64,000 nt of DNA from a virus, in the IMG/VR virus record IMGVR_UViG_3300028558_000016, positions 278,014-342,013 of that record; one strand, given 5' to 3'. Positions 19,904 to 28,904 of the stretch are shown piece after piece; within the stretch, counting starts at the first letter, position 1, and the number at the start of each line of letters is the position of its first letter. The notes beneath the pieces were generated by a model. The model saw only the letters and a program-made list of their open reading frames with translations. It was not told the DNA's origin and searched no databases. A program made the position numbers and the translations under genes.

Positions 19904-20214
19904 GGTAGTTTTCCAAAATTGTCTTTATCGTTTTGTTTCATTTTTCCAGACTTCACCAAATCATTCTTGGCTGAGTCAATCACCATGCACGCAACATTCG
20001 TGCTGTCGGAGTGGTAGTAATATAAAAATTCTCCAAGTCGTTTTGCATCTGACTTAAAAAGAATCTTCAATGCTTCACCGCGAAATTCTTTTGCGACGAG
20101 CTTATTCACTATCTTCTCTAATTGGATTTTCAGCTTGCTGTTCACCACGGGTGGCTTTGGCGAATTCTTAATTTTGGCCAAAGCTTCTTTCATGGTATAA
20201 ACTTTCTTTCTCAT
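19897..20214 (-). CDS. Hypothetical protein
   Basis: ORF; no motif recognised. Confidence 0.4.
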   Translation of the reverse strand: MRKKVYTMKEALAKIKNSPKPPVVNSKLKIQLEKIVNKLVAKEFRGEALKILFKSDAKRLGEFLYYYHSDSTNVACMVIDSAKNDLVKSGKMKQNDKDNFGKLPW

Positions 20215-20248
20215 CAGTGATAATTAGAAACAAATATACTAAGAAAAA

Positions 20249-20279
20249 AGAAAATAAAAAACCCGCTTATCAGCGGGTT
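20249..20279 (-). terminator. Rho-independent terminator for the minus-strand operon
   Basis: ACCCGCTtatcAGCGGGT hairpin, followed on the minus strand by a T-run (aaaaataaaaaa on the plus strand). Confidence 0.65.
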
Positions 20280-20285
20280 AATTAA

Positions 20286-20531
20286 TTATGATTTAGGTGT
20301 TTCTGTGACTGGATCTTCTTTTTTGACCTCGACGAATTCTGTTGGTTTTACTAAGGTCAACTGTATCTTGTTGTTGGGGTCATTCTTATCAATGATCATG
20401 AGTATCAAATCCTTCTCTGACCATTCATTCATGTAGACCGTAACTTCTTCAAACGATAGAGAACCGTTATGTCCGAGTTCTATGACTGCGGTGCCTTTTA
20501 CTTCTTTTTGAATCTTGAGTTGAGCTGACAT
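20286..20531 (-). CDS. Hypothetical protein
   Basis: ORF; no motif recognised. Confidence 0.4.
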   Translation of the reverse strand: MSAQLKIQKEVKGTAVIELGHNGSLSFEEVTVYMNEWSEKDLILMIIDKNDPNNKIQLTLVKPTEFVEVKKEDPVTETPKS

Positions 20532-20752
20532 AATTTGCTTTTAAAATAGTTAATCACTGCGAATATAGGATTAGTTCCCGAGAAATAAAAATATAGACCA
20601 AAAAATAGTCCCGCTACACAATAGAAGATCCCAGTAGCTTTCCAATAGCTTCCTGTCGCATCCAGTGCCATTTTGAAAAGTACATCGAAGCCAAAGGGAT
20701 TGAAAAACATTCCCAACATCAGGCAGAGGATCGCTATTTTTTGTCTGCTCAC
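20498..20752 (-). CDS. Small membrane protein
   Basis: Two hydrophobic helices. Confidence 0.35.
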   Translation of the reverse strand: MSRQKIAILCLMLGMFFNPFGFDVLFKMALDATGSYWKATGIFYCVAGLFFGLYFYFSGTNPIFAVINYFKSKLCQLNSRFKKK

Positions 20753-20815
20753 TTAAACTATCGTATTCCATTTATGTTTGTTACTCCGTAGAGTGTTTTG
20801 TTTTCAACCTATATA

Positions 20816-21250
20816 TTAGTACAACCAGGGTTTTTCCGGAGAAACTCCAAGATCTTTACATGAGCAAGCAAATTTTCCATCCTTAAACGTCATCACGCAA
20901 TATCGGTCTGGATCATCGTGCAGATTAAATGTCTCGCCATACTTTTTAATCATGGCTTCATCTTCACTCATTAGCATTTCATGCTTTTGTTCGTCTGTGT
21001 ACTTGTCTGCTTCGATCTTGTTTGCTATGGCTTTTGATTTTAATTCCATCATCTTCTTTACAGTCTCATCCTCGTTAGAAGAAGCAAACACAAGTTCCTC
21101 AATTCCTTCATAACCGCAATAAACAATTACGTTTATATTCTTCTTGTCTTGATGGAACAAGTTCAATTGTGATGGATTGATCTGAGACTCGTTGTTTGAA
21201 AGTTTTGAATTTTCCCAAGGATAAAAATCCTTTATTGCTTGTGTGTTCAT
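20816..21250 (-). CDS. Hypothetical protein
   Basis: ORF; no motif recognised. Confidence 0.4.
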   Translation of the reverse strand: MNTQAIKDFYPWENSKLSNNESQINPSQLNLFHQDKKNINVIVYCGYEGIEELVFASSNEDETVKKMMELKSKAIANKIEADKYTDEQKHEMLMSEDEAMIKKYGETFNLHDDPDRYCVMTFKDGKFACSCKDLGVSPEKPWLY

Positions 21251-21567
21251 GCTCTGTTGTTGAATATTATGTTGTTCAATGGAATTCCTGCCTTGACGAG
21301 AGTTTTATAATCTATGGCAACAATTAATTCAATCTTCATGAATCCATTTTTAGGATTGTAATCTGTCACCTTTCCAACCACTTCATTTGAGTCATAGGCA
21401 GAATAGACAGGTCCATCGACTACGTCTCTCTTTAATAAGCCTGGGTCCGTTTTCACGAAATATTTATTTATCATGTGCATGCTTGAAGAATTTAGTTTAA
21501 ACAGAATCCCTTCTTGATGTTCACTGCTTTGCCCTTTACTATAAACTCTATCTTTTCCTTTTGACAT
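21247..21567 (-). CDS. Hypothetical protein
   Basis: ORF; no motif recognised. Confidence 0.4.
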   Translation of the reverse strand: MSKGKDRVYSKGQSSEHQEGILFKLNSSSMHMINKYFVKTDPGLLKRDVVDGPVYSAYDSNEVVGKVTDYNPKNGFMKIELIVAIDYKTLVKAGIPLNNIIFNNRA

Positions 21568-21649
21568 TGTTTTGCTTTTTCTAAGTAATCGGATGTAGGA
21601 AGTCCTATGACGCGTCTCACGGCAGTTAGTCTCTCGTACAAATCCAAGT

Positions 21650-21922
21650 CTATTGTAAATTTATCAGACATTCTTCTTTAGTGATTTCTTCTAAAGTATC
21701 TATCTCAGTTATGTTTATGAATCTCGTATGGTCCCAAGATATTTCTTTCCCACTTGGAAGATTTCCCCCATGGATTTCTTCTAACAAATATCCATCATGT
21801 CCTTTGCTTTTAACCACTTCCCTTACGGTGTATTCTTCCATTTGTATTGGACGTTCTTTGACGAACTTCATTGAATTTTCTCTAACGTTAGAGAAATCAT
21901 CATTAATGCACAAGACTCTCAT
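21650..21922 (-). CDS. Hypothetical protein
   Basis: ORF; no motif recognised. Confidence 0.4.
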   Translation of the reverse strand: MRVLCINDDFSNVRENSMKFVKERPIQMEEYTVREVVKSKGHDGYLLEEIHGGNLPSGKEISWDHTRFINITEIDTLEEITKEECLINLQ

Positions 21923-22619
21923 GTTTCGGTTGTGTTATTTCTATTAATTTATTTGCTACTTCCATTGTTGCTCTTACGTCGCCTTCACAATATGTTTTGA
22001 TCAGTTCAACTCCCTGTTCTCTCCAATAAGAACCATGTACCATTGAACCTTTTAATTCTCCTTTTGGAGTTTCAACATCGAATATTGCGCTCATTGTATC
22101 AAGCGACGTAAAGCTTTCCTTCCATGAACCATCGCTCCATACTTTAGCGATGTCAAAGAACTTAGTTTCCCATGGTTTCTTATCCCAAACGCTTATGATG
22201 TTTGGCGGAGTTATTCCGTTTGCAAGCATTCTTTTCCAAAGAAACGGTATGTCGAATCTTTCAATAGTGTGACCTCCAAGAAACATTCCTTTCTTGTCTG
22301 CATTGTTCATCACACCTGCACATTTTGTGAGTATTTCTTTTTCATTGAAGCCATAAAAAGAAGTTATTTTCATGTTCATTTCAGGATCATAATATCCAAA
22401 AGAAGCACATATAACTTTTCCATATTCAGCGTGTAATCCAGCTTTGTTTTCCCACAGTTCGTTGAGTGATAAATCACCGTTGCTTTCTTTATATTTCTCT
22501 TGCCACACCTCCCATAATTTTCCCATGCGAGGATTGTCTCTTAAGAACTCATCGTGTGTTGAAGATCTTCCAACAGTTTCGATGTCAAAGAATAAAATCT
22601 TTCTAATGTTAGTATCCAT
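21903..22619 (-). CDS. DEDD-family 3'-5' exonuclease (DnaQ/RNase T-like)
   Basis: Exo I motif ILFFDIETVG, Exo II-like HTIERFDIPFLW, Exo III YCEGDVRAT. Confidence 0.7.
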   Translation of the reverse strand: MDTNIRKILFFDIETVGRSSTHDEFLRDNPRMGKLWEVWQEKYKESNGDLSLNELWENKAGLHAEYGKVICASFGYYDPEMNMKITSFYGFNEKEILTKCAGVMNNADKKGMFLGGHTIERFDIPFLWKRMLANGITPPNIISVWDKKPWETKFFDIAKVWSDGSWKESFTSLDTMSAIFDVETPKGELKGSMVHGSYWREQGVELIKTYCEGDVRATMEVANKLIEITQPKHESLVH

Positions 22620-22673
22620 GTTTTTAAGTTTATCGTTTTATTAGTGAACACGCTAATGGTTTCAGAGTCTTTG

Positions 22674-22694
22674 TAACTTATTGAATATCAATAC
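22674..22694. promoter_or_regulatory. Palindromic operator-like site TTGAATATCAA (variant of TTGATwATCAA)
   Basis: tgtaacttattgaatatcaata is nearly identical to the site at 52334-52357; lies about 40 bp upstream of the promoter box. Confidence 0.45.
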
Positions 22695-22726
22695 TTTAAA
22701 ATGATTGTTTTTATAGGTGGAAATTA

Positions 22727-22740
22727 GTTAGTATATTTAC
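22727..22740 (+). promoter_or_regulatory. Promoter, gTTAGTAtATTTAC class (Bacteroidota -7 TAnnTTTG-like)
   Basis: One of six copies of the TTAGTAnATTTAC motif placed 15-45 nt upstream of a start codon; divergent region opposite the minus-strand block. Confidence 0.5.
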
Positions 22741-22762
22741 ATTGATAACAACCAACCAAAAG

Positions 22763-23296
22763 ATGAATAGAAAACACAAAAAAGGCGATGTCTTAGTTTT
22801 ATCTCCTGACGTCCAAAAAATAAGGAATGAAATCCTCGGCAAATGCGAAGATTTAAGTCCATTGGTAAACAAGATAGTTGAATTTGAAATCTACGATTCA
22901 ATTCACATCAAGAAGCAAAATGAAATTCACATGTGCCGGGTGATCGGACAAAAATTGCCTCCACGAAAAGGCGAAACACCTTTGCCAATAGACATCAGAG
23001 AATTTTTAATTCCTGAGACTGCACTAATCACCGCGAAAGATCATTTAATACACCTCACGAAAACAACAGAGCTCCAAGGCATTTACAAACATCTTATAAA
23101 GAATGCAAACAAGGATTTTGATTACTTGTTGTTTTCGCTGGAAATTTCTCAGCAAGCGCAAGGTGGCGCAAGATCTGGAATTGAAAATTGCGTAGGAAAA
23201 GAAATAGTAGAATTGTCCATGAGCATTTTTCCTAATGCAAGGCTTGGCGACATCATACCAGAAGAATATTACCAAAGATTTAATCAACCAAAATAA
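22763..23296 (+). CDS. Hypothetical protein
   Basis: The track ORF starts at TTG 22742; the first ATG (MNRKHKKG) is at 22763. Confidence 0.45.
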   Translation: MNRKHKKGDVLVLSPDVQKIRNEILGKCEDLSPLVNKIVEFEIYDSIHIKKQNEIHMCRVIGQKLPPRKGETPLPIDIREFLIPETALITAKDHLIHLTKTTELQGIYKHLIKNANKDFDYLLFSLEISQQAQGGARSGIENCVGKEIVELSMSIFPNARLGDIIPEEYYQRFNQPK

Positions 23297-23297
23297 A

Positions 23298-23474
23298 ATG
23301 GCAAAAGCAACAACAGTCGAAAATCAAAACGGAGGATTAGATCTTCTCGTTGAGAAAGATGCTGGTAATGAAATAAGAATTTCTACTGGCGACGAAAAAA
23401 ACAGTTTAAAGTTCTGGCAACACATGAAAGAATTGTGTGAAGGAGCTATTCATGAATTAAAAGACAAAGAATAA
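23298..23474 (+). CDS. Small hypothetical protein (58 aa)
   Basis: ATG at 23298 (MAKATTVENQ) directly after the upstream stop; the track ORF 23235 start overlaps the upstream gene. Confidence 0.35.
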   Translation: MAKATTVENQNGGLDLLVEKDAGNEIRISTGDEKNSLKFWQHMKELCEGAIHELKDKE

Positions 23475-23475
23475 T

Positions 23476-23838
23476 ATGACAATATATCATGGTACGGACA
23501 AAGAATCCGCAGAAAAAATACAACAGGATAAAATCCTGAAAGGCTCAGGAAGTTTTGGGCCTGGAATATGTCTCACACTCGAAAGAGCATTAAACTATTC
23601 AGCAGTCAAATGTGGAAAGCATGGTCCACAAGCAAAAAACATTGGACGAATAGTAATGATCGAAAATATTCCATCTCAAATATTGAACACCGCTTCAAAG
23701 GATGCTCCTGAAGGTTTCACTCTTAACGATGAGTTTGGAAAACCATCAAGAGGATTGCATTTACAAAAGGTGAGAATCCTATCCATCAAAGAAGCACAAT
23801 GCATGATGTCAATGGAACATGAATTTAATAGCAATTAA
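23476..23838 (+). CDS. ART-fold NAD+-binding domain protein resembling the C-lobe of Tpt1/KptA RNA 2'-phosphotransferase
   Basis: MTIYHGTDKESAEKIQQDKILKG...ICLTLE...GRIVMIE parallels the KptA segment [21 protein letters not shown]...HLS...PVILTV; no N-lobe R-H-R-R is seen. Confidence 0.3.
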   Translation: MTIYHGTDKESAEKIQQDKILKGSGSFGPGICLTLERALNYSAVKCGKHGPQAKNIGRIVMIENIPSQILNTASKDAPEGFTLNDEFGKPSRGLHLQKVRILSIKEAQCMMSMEHEFNSN

Positions 23839-23840
23839 AA

Positions 23841-24278
23841 ATGCAAAAATTTGAACGAATAGAAATTTCTGAAGAAAGAGCCAAACAGCTTGGAACAGAT
23901 GAGGTGTGGGTAAATGAAACTCATCAGGTAATTGTTTACAGAGATCCTAAAGAAGCTCCTGAGCTTCCACAAAATTCAAATCCAAAAGATTGGCCAGCGA
24001 TGATTTGGCTATCAATAAAACGTGTTGACAGGGAAGCGATGCATGATTGGAGAGAACTACAGGAAATAAAGAACATGATCGTCGGCCCAGAAAACGAAGC
24101 AGTAGAAGTTTATCCTGCTGAATCAAGATTGGTTGACACTTCAAACCAATATCACCTGTGGGTTTTTGCTGACAAGGAAGTAAGATTTCCATTTGGATTT
24201 ACTTCACGAGGTGTAGCTGATCCTGAACTTGCCGAAAAGATGGGTGCAAAACAAAGACCGTTTAATAAACATAACTAA
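23841..24278 (+). CDS. Hypothetical protein
   Basis: ORF; no motif recognised. Confidence 0.45.
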   Translation: MQKFERIEISEERAKQLGTDEVWVNETHQVIVYRDPKEAPELPQNSNPKDWPAMIWLSIKRVDREAMHDWRELQEIKNMIVGPENEAVEVYPAESRLVDTSNQYHLWVFADKEVRFPFGFTSRGVADPELAEKMGAKQRPFNKHN

Positions 24279-24526
24279 TGAGAGTAAAAACAAAATATGG
24301 AAATGGCACCTTGATTGGTGTTTCCTCCAACGGTGGAATAAATTTAAGTTTTAAAGTATTATTGGACAATACTTTTCCTTCTGATTTGCCTGAAGAAGAA
24401 AAAGAATTAAATGAAATCAAGAATGCTGAAAGCAGGATATACAATTGTTTATCTGTTGATGTATTAACTGATGATGGACAAGTAATAGAACTTGGAAAAG
24501 ATATAATAATTAAATTTGTAAAATGA
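24278..24526 (+). CDS. Hypothetical protein
   Basis: ORF with overlap junction. Confidence 0.4.
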   Translation: MRVKTKYGNGTLIGVSSNGGINLSFKVLLDNTFPSDLPEEEKELNEIKNAESRIYNCLSVDVLTDDGQVIELGKDIIIKFVK

Positions 24527-24855
24527 TGAAAGAGTCAGAAAAATTAAAACAACAATCAGCGGAAGAAGATAACGATCTTATTGCGATGGGTATTGGAAAG
24601 AAAATCATCCGCGAAGAACGAATAGAAAAGTTCGAGGAGAAATGGTTGAAGAAATTTCAATTGAAGTTTGGGGATAACATTAATTGGGTTCCTACAATGT
24701 ATTGTTATAGAATTAATGATAACGGAAAGATAATTGATTTCTATCCAAAGGCCAACAAGCTATTCATCAAAGAAAAGAATAATTGGGTTAAACCAGGATT
24801 AAAATTTTTAGTTAAAATGTATTTCACCGCTGACGAAATCAACGCTGCAATATAA
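24523..24855 (+). CDS. Hypothetical protein
   Basis: ORF with ATGA junction. Confidence 0.4.
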   Translation: MMKESEKLKQQSAEEDNDLIAMGIGKKIIREERIEKFEEKWLKKFQLKFGDNINWVPTMYCYRINDNGKIIDFYPKANKLFIKEKNNWVKPGLKFLVKMYFTADEINAAI

Positions 24856-24914
24856 AGAATTCGCTATTTTTTTGTATTTTTACTTAGTATGCTTACTGAT
24901 AAAAATCCAAAATT

Positions 24915-25235
24915 ATGGCAACACTACTGAAAGAAAAAACGAGGCACGTATTCATAAGTGCAATGAATTTTGTTAGAGTTAGATTATTTGAAGGAACAGA
25001 ATTAAATACGCCTGAGAAAAAAATCAGGGATGAAAAGGAAAAGGAAAAAGCTTTAGTTCATTATGAAAAGATCATGAAGAACATTGGTACATGTCAAAAT
25101 AAATTGCAAATTGATACAGCTCATGTAATGATAGATCAATTTTATTCAAGATATGGAAGACTGTGCCATGATAAGTATTTGAACCTACAAGAGAAGATGA
25201 ATGAACGCAAAGACCAATTATGCATGTACTTTTAA
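24915..25235 (+). CDS. Hypothetical protein
   Basis: ORF; no motif recognised. Confidence 0.4.
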   Translation: MATLLKEKTRHVFISAMNFVRVRLFEGTELNTPEKKIRDEKEKEKALVHYEKIMKNIGTCQNKLQIDTAHVMIDQFYSRYGRLCHDKYLNLQEKMNERKDQLCMYF

Positions 25236-25242
25236 TGTAACT

Positions 25243-25259
25243 GCTTGATTATCAATAAG
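25243..25259. promoter_or_regulatory. Palindromic operator-like site TTGATTATCAA
   Basis: ctgcTTGATTATCAAtaag is the inverted copy of the site at 52391-52409 (18/19 identical). Confidence 0.5.
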
Positions 25260-25261
25260 TT

Positions 25262-25295
25262 ATATTTCCATTATTTAATGGAAATATTTTTATTT
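25262..25295 (+). terminator. Hairpin plus T-run, probable terminator of the upstream gene
   Basis: ATTTCCATTAttTAATGGAAAT perfect inverted repeat followed by atttttattt. Confidence 0.45.
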
Positions 25296-25306
25296 ATGGC
25301 TAATTA

Positions 25307-25319
25307 TTAGTAATTTTAT
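25307..25319 (+). promoter_or_regulatory. Promoter, TTAGTAATTTTAt class
   Basis: Copy of the TTAGTAnATTTAC motif about 20 nt upstream of the PARP gene start. Confidence 0.45.
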
Positions 25320-25339
25320 AGTAAATAAATCAACCAAAT

Positions 25340-26788
25340 ATGGCAACAAAATCATCAACAATGTCCGGCGAGGACATTAAAAAAACAGCGATCGATAAAG
25401 GATTAAAGGTCGCAATACTCGTATGTGTGTCAGATGACAACAATAACAAGTATTTCAATATGTACGAACAAGGAGATGGAACTTACATGGTAATCCGCGG
25501 AAGAGTGGACGTTACCGAAATAATCGAAGGTCCATACCCAATGTCAAAATGGGATGTTCATTACAAGGACAAAACAAAAGCAAACAAAAAACCAAAACCT
25601 TACACTGATCAAACTCATTTGTTCTCTGAACAAAAGAAAAGCGATGGTGCAGGAAAGAAAAAAGAAAAATCATCGAACTTCCATTCAAAGAGAACTGCAA
25701 TGGTAATTGATTTCGTGAAACAACTTCAAAAATTCGCAAATCAATCGGTAGAAGAAAACTACACGGTATCAGCCGCAAACGTTACTAAGAAGCAAGTTGA
25801 TTTCGCTCAACAAACTTTAAATCAAATTAGCGACATGGTTAAGAAAGGCGCAGAGGTTGGTCCAATCAATGACAAACTAATGGAGCTTTATCAAATCATT
25901 CCTCGTCGTATGAAACATGTGAATAACCACCTCATCATTACAGATGAAATGGAAAAAACACTTGGTAAAGTTGAGAAGACCGACAAAGAAAAAATGAAAG
26001 AGGCGAAAGCTAAAACATATTCAATGAAGATTAAATCTGATGCCGAGTTACAAAAAGCGCATGACATGATTGCCGGTGAGCAAGATACTCTTGACGTTAT
26101 GGCAGGTCAGGTTGCTGTTGAAGAACAGGAAAAGAAAGATCACGTTGAAACCCCAGGTGCTAAAAAAGAATACGATTTATTGCACGCAATGAAACTTGAT
26201 ATGGAAGATTGCGATAAGTATGAAATTGCAATGCTTAAGAATATGCTTGATCAAAACGCTAAAGCCGGCCACGAAAAGAATTCAAACCTTTTCAAACGTG
26301 CATATCGCGTTAAGAACGATAGCACTGAAGTTGCTTACAACAATTTCATGGGTAAAGTTAAAAACAAGAAGAAGGAATTATTGTGGCATGGAAGTCGCAA
26401 TGAAAACTGGTGGAGCATTTTCCAACAAGGTTTAGTTCTTCGTCCTACCAATGCAGTAATCACCGGTAAGATGTTTGGTTACGGATTATATTTCGCTGAC
26501 AAGGCGCAAAAATCCATAAACTACTCTTCTTATTCTGGAGCATCACGCTCTTACACAGGGGGTTCATCAAGGAATGCAATTCTTGCGGTATATGAAGTTC
26601 ACCAAGGAGATCAATTGGTAATTAAACGTCATGAGCACTCACACTCACAATTGACTGATAAACAAATGGAAAAACACGGTAAAGATTCTGTGTTCGCTCA
26701 AGGCGGTTATGACCTTGTGAATAACGAATACATTGTGTACAAGCAACAACAATGTACTATAAAATATCTTGTTGAAATTGGGAACTAA
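25340..26788 (+). CDS. Poly(ADP-ribose) polymerase (PARP) catalytic-domain protein with N-terminal WGR-like and helical regions
   Basis: LLWHGSRNENWWSIFQQGL (H-G-S), GKMFGYGLYFADKAQKS (Tyr), and DLVNNEYIVYKQQQCTIKYLVE (catalytic Glu) align one-to-one with the PARP1 LLWHGSR/GIYFAD/LLYNEYIVYD motifs. Confidence 0.75.
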   Translation: MATKSSTMSGEDIKKTAIDKGLKVAILVCVSDDNNNKYFNMYEQGDGTYMVIRGRVDVTEIIEGPYPMSKWDVHYKDKTKANKKPKPYTDQTHLFSEQKKSDGAGKKKEKSSNFHSKRTAMVIDFVKQLQKFANQSVEENYTVSAANVTKKQVDFAQQTLNQISDMVKKGAEVGPINDKLMELYQIIPRRMKHVNNHLIITDEMEKTLGKVEKTDKEKMKEAKAKTYSMKIKSDAELQKAHDMIAGEQDTLDVMAGQVAVEEQEKKDHVETPGAKKEYDLLHAMKLDMEDCDKYEIAMLKNMLDQNAKAGHEKNSNLFKRAYRVKNDSTEVAYNNFMGKVKNKKKELLWHGSRNENWWSIFQQGLVLRPTNAVITGKMFGYGLYFADKAQKSINYSSYSGASRSYTGGSSRNAILAVYEVHQGDQLVIKRHEHSHSQLTDKQMEKHGKDSVFAQGGYDLVNNEYIVYKQQQCTIKYLVEIGN

Positions 26789-27204
26789 TGGAAGAAAACA
26801 AAAACGATATAGAAGAAATCGACGGTGTCCAAGAAGAGAGGGGTGAATTCCCTCCCTTCTTTGGCTTGTTTAGAATGACAAGATTTGAACGTGTACTTCA
26901 TGCTTCCATCATTGGATTAATTGGAGCAGCATTCATCGCATACACTCTGTGGAGCAAAATCATTCCAGGACAAAACCCAACTAAGGAAATGCTACAGATG
27001 AATGATTGGTATGTTATACCATGTTTCGTATTATCTGTTTTGCTTCTGTTGTCTGGATTTCCAGTTGTAATGAAAGACAGAAGTTTTGGAAACATGATGC
27101 TTCAACAATTGCTTAGATGCTTCATGGCGATAATATGGATGGTCTTATATTTTGAAGCAAGTCAAATATTATTCATAATTTTTTACAGACACTTACCAGC
27201 ATGA
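26788..27204 (+). CDS. Membrane protein (3-4 TM helices)
   Basis: ATGA overlap with PARP; several hydrophobic helices. Confidence 0.45.
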   Translation: MEENKNDIEEIDGVQEERGEFPPFFGLFRMTRFERVLHASIIGLIGAAFIAYTLWSKIIPGQNPTKEMLQMNDWYVIPCFVLSVLLLLSGFPVVMKDRSFGNMMLQQLLRCFMAIIWMVLYFEASQILFIIFYRHLPA

Positions 27205-27701
27205 GTAAAGAAAAACATAATCATAAGGAAGGCTTTGAATGTGAAGCTTGCAAAATTGGAATGAAAGCAATGAAAGAAAAAGAAGCTGGATTCCTAAAAA
27301 ATCCAGGTTGGTTCGCTCATTATGTTCCAGATCCTACATATCCAAATGGAATGAATGTGCACACCCACGGTCTTGAAGAAAATTTCAAGCATCTTGATTT
27401 GCAAATATGTCTTGCTATGGATCAACGTATATGCCATCAAATTTTAAACAATGCCATTGGAGAAATAAAGGCAGGAAAGAAATTTGAGGCCGGAGAAAAA
27501 TACGATGATGTCATTGAAGCAAGTCCAGCATACAAAGACCTTAAACTAAAGGTTCTTTTCCTTGAAGCCGAGGAAGGTGGAAGAAAAGTTCTTCGCATGA
27601 TTTTTCCTGAAAAAGATGGAAGTTTTATGGGGCAAATGTCATCCAAACAAATGGAAGGTTGTAAGGTTCCAGAGGATTTAATCTTATATTATACGTTATG
27701 A
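27201..27701 (+). CDS. Hypothetical protein, DUF4262-like
   Basis: GWFAHYVPDP...MNVHTHGLEENFKHLDLQICL resembles the conserved core of an uncharacterised family. Confidence 0.35.
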   Translation: MSKEKHNHKEGFECEACKIGMKAMKEKEAGFLKNPGWFAHYVPDPTYPNGMNVHTHGLEENFKHLDLQICLAMDQRICHQILNNAIGEIKAGKKFEAGEKYDDVIEASPAYKDLKLKVLFLEAEEGGRKVLRMIFPEKDGSFMGQMSSKQMEGCKVPEDLILYYTL

Positions 27702-27931
27702 ATTCACACCTATTGATGACAGAAACTTCCAACATAGATTGGAAAGAAAACAGAGTTATTGACAATGATAAGCTTGAAAAAACGGTTATTCCATGGGAAG
27801 ATAACATTGAGGTAACCAATGGTCTTGATGGAGAAAAGAAGACAATTAAGATGAAAACTGTGTCTTTATATGAACATATTATGTTAAAAGATGGAAAAAA
27901 ATACAAAATATTGCACATGTTATCAAAATAA
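27698..27931 (+). CDS. Hypothetical protein
   Basis: ORF with ATGA junction. Confidence 0.35.
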   Translation: MNSHLLMTETSNIDWKENRVIDNDKLEKTVIPWEDNIEVTNGLDGEKKTIKMKTVSLYEHIMLKDGKKYKILHMLSK

Positions 27932-27995
27932 TGTGTAATTTAGCACTATAATTAAAATTAAAATAATAATATAAACAACAAAAAAAGAAACAATT

Positions 27996-28817
27996 ATGAG
28001 TACAACAGCCACAAAAAAAATCGACAAGGATGCTGTTTTTAAAACAGCAGTTAAATTAATGACTGACAATGGAAAAACTTCTTCATTGGAAGTAAAAGAA
28101 GAATTACGTAAAGATGGGTATTGGGCAAAACAAGAACCCGTTCGTGATTTGCTTCGCGAATTAAAAAGTGAACACAATTGGAACGTGAATGATGTTGGTC
28201 ACATTGAATATTCTCTTCCAACAGCAACATCCGCAGCAACAACCGGTCCTTCTCCAATTGAAGGTGACATCATCGATTTAATCGTTGAGACAACCAACAT
28301 TGACGAAGATGATGTTGAAACTACAAGCATTCTTACTACAGATCTTTCAATGGACCATCTTGATATTATTTCATTGCAAATGGCCATCGACAAAAAATTC
28401 AGTGTTGACTCTTCTAAAGATTGGAACAATATCAACACCGTTGACGATGTTATTAAGTTGGTGGAAAAGCTTACAGCCGGAACTCCTTTTGCGAAAGCTC
28501 CAACTACTTCTTTACATTCAGTTATGAATCCAAAAACAACTGGAAAACCAAGAAAACCAAAAATGGTTATTAATGATTCTCAAAATCCATCAACGGATCC
28601 TCGTGTTACAATCAACATTGATTACAAGAAGATTGTTACAGGCACGAAAGATGCCAAAGACACATGTGATGGAAAAGACTGGTATGTTTCTAACAAAGGA
28701 ACTGATCCGGTAATTTATGATCAAAAATACAATTCCAACAACGTGAGAACCGTATATGCTCGTTTGAAAGGAATTAAGATACAGGAAGTTCGCGCAGCTC
28801 GCGTTGAACATCTATAG
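27996..28817 (+). CDS. Hypothetical protein with an acidic segment loosely resembling a carrier-protein DS(L/M)D motif
   Basis: DLSMDHLDIISLQMAIDKKF is vaguely ACP-like; weak. Confidence 0.35.
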   Translation: MSTTATKKIDKDAVFKTAVKLMTDNGKTSSLEVKEELRKDGYWAKQEPVRDLLRELKSEHNWNVNDVGHIEYSLPTATSAATTGPSPIEGDIIDLIVETTNIDEDDVETTSILTTDLSMDHLDIISLQMAIDKKFSVDSSKDWNNINTVDDVIKLVEKLTAGTPFAKAPTTSLHSVMNPKTTGKPRKPKMVINDSQNPSTDPRVTINIDYKKIVTGTKDAKDTCDGKDWYVSNKGTDPVIYDQKYNSNNVRTVYARLKGIKIQEVRAARVEHL

Positions 28818-28872
28818 GAAAACGGTAAACCCATGGTTGCCATGGTTGGTTGTCCTTTGGGTATTATCGTGA

Positions 28873-28904
28873 AAGGGTGGGAGGAAACTTCCACCCTTTT
28901 AATT
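28873..28904 (+). terminator. Rho-independent terminator
   Basis: aaGGGTGGgaggaaacttCCACCCtttt. Confidence 0.55.

Noticed and set aside
20571-20771. ORF 20571..20771 (-) overlapping ORF 20498..20752 (-) in another frame; likewise 50630..50926 vs 50694..51044 and 11104..11446 nested ORFs.
   Set aside because: These are alternative frames of the same DNA. The retained ORF in each case has the more protein-like (membrane-helix or charged) composition and better junctions.
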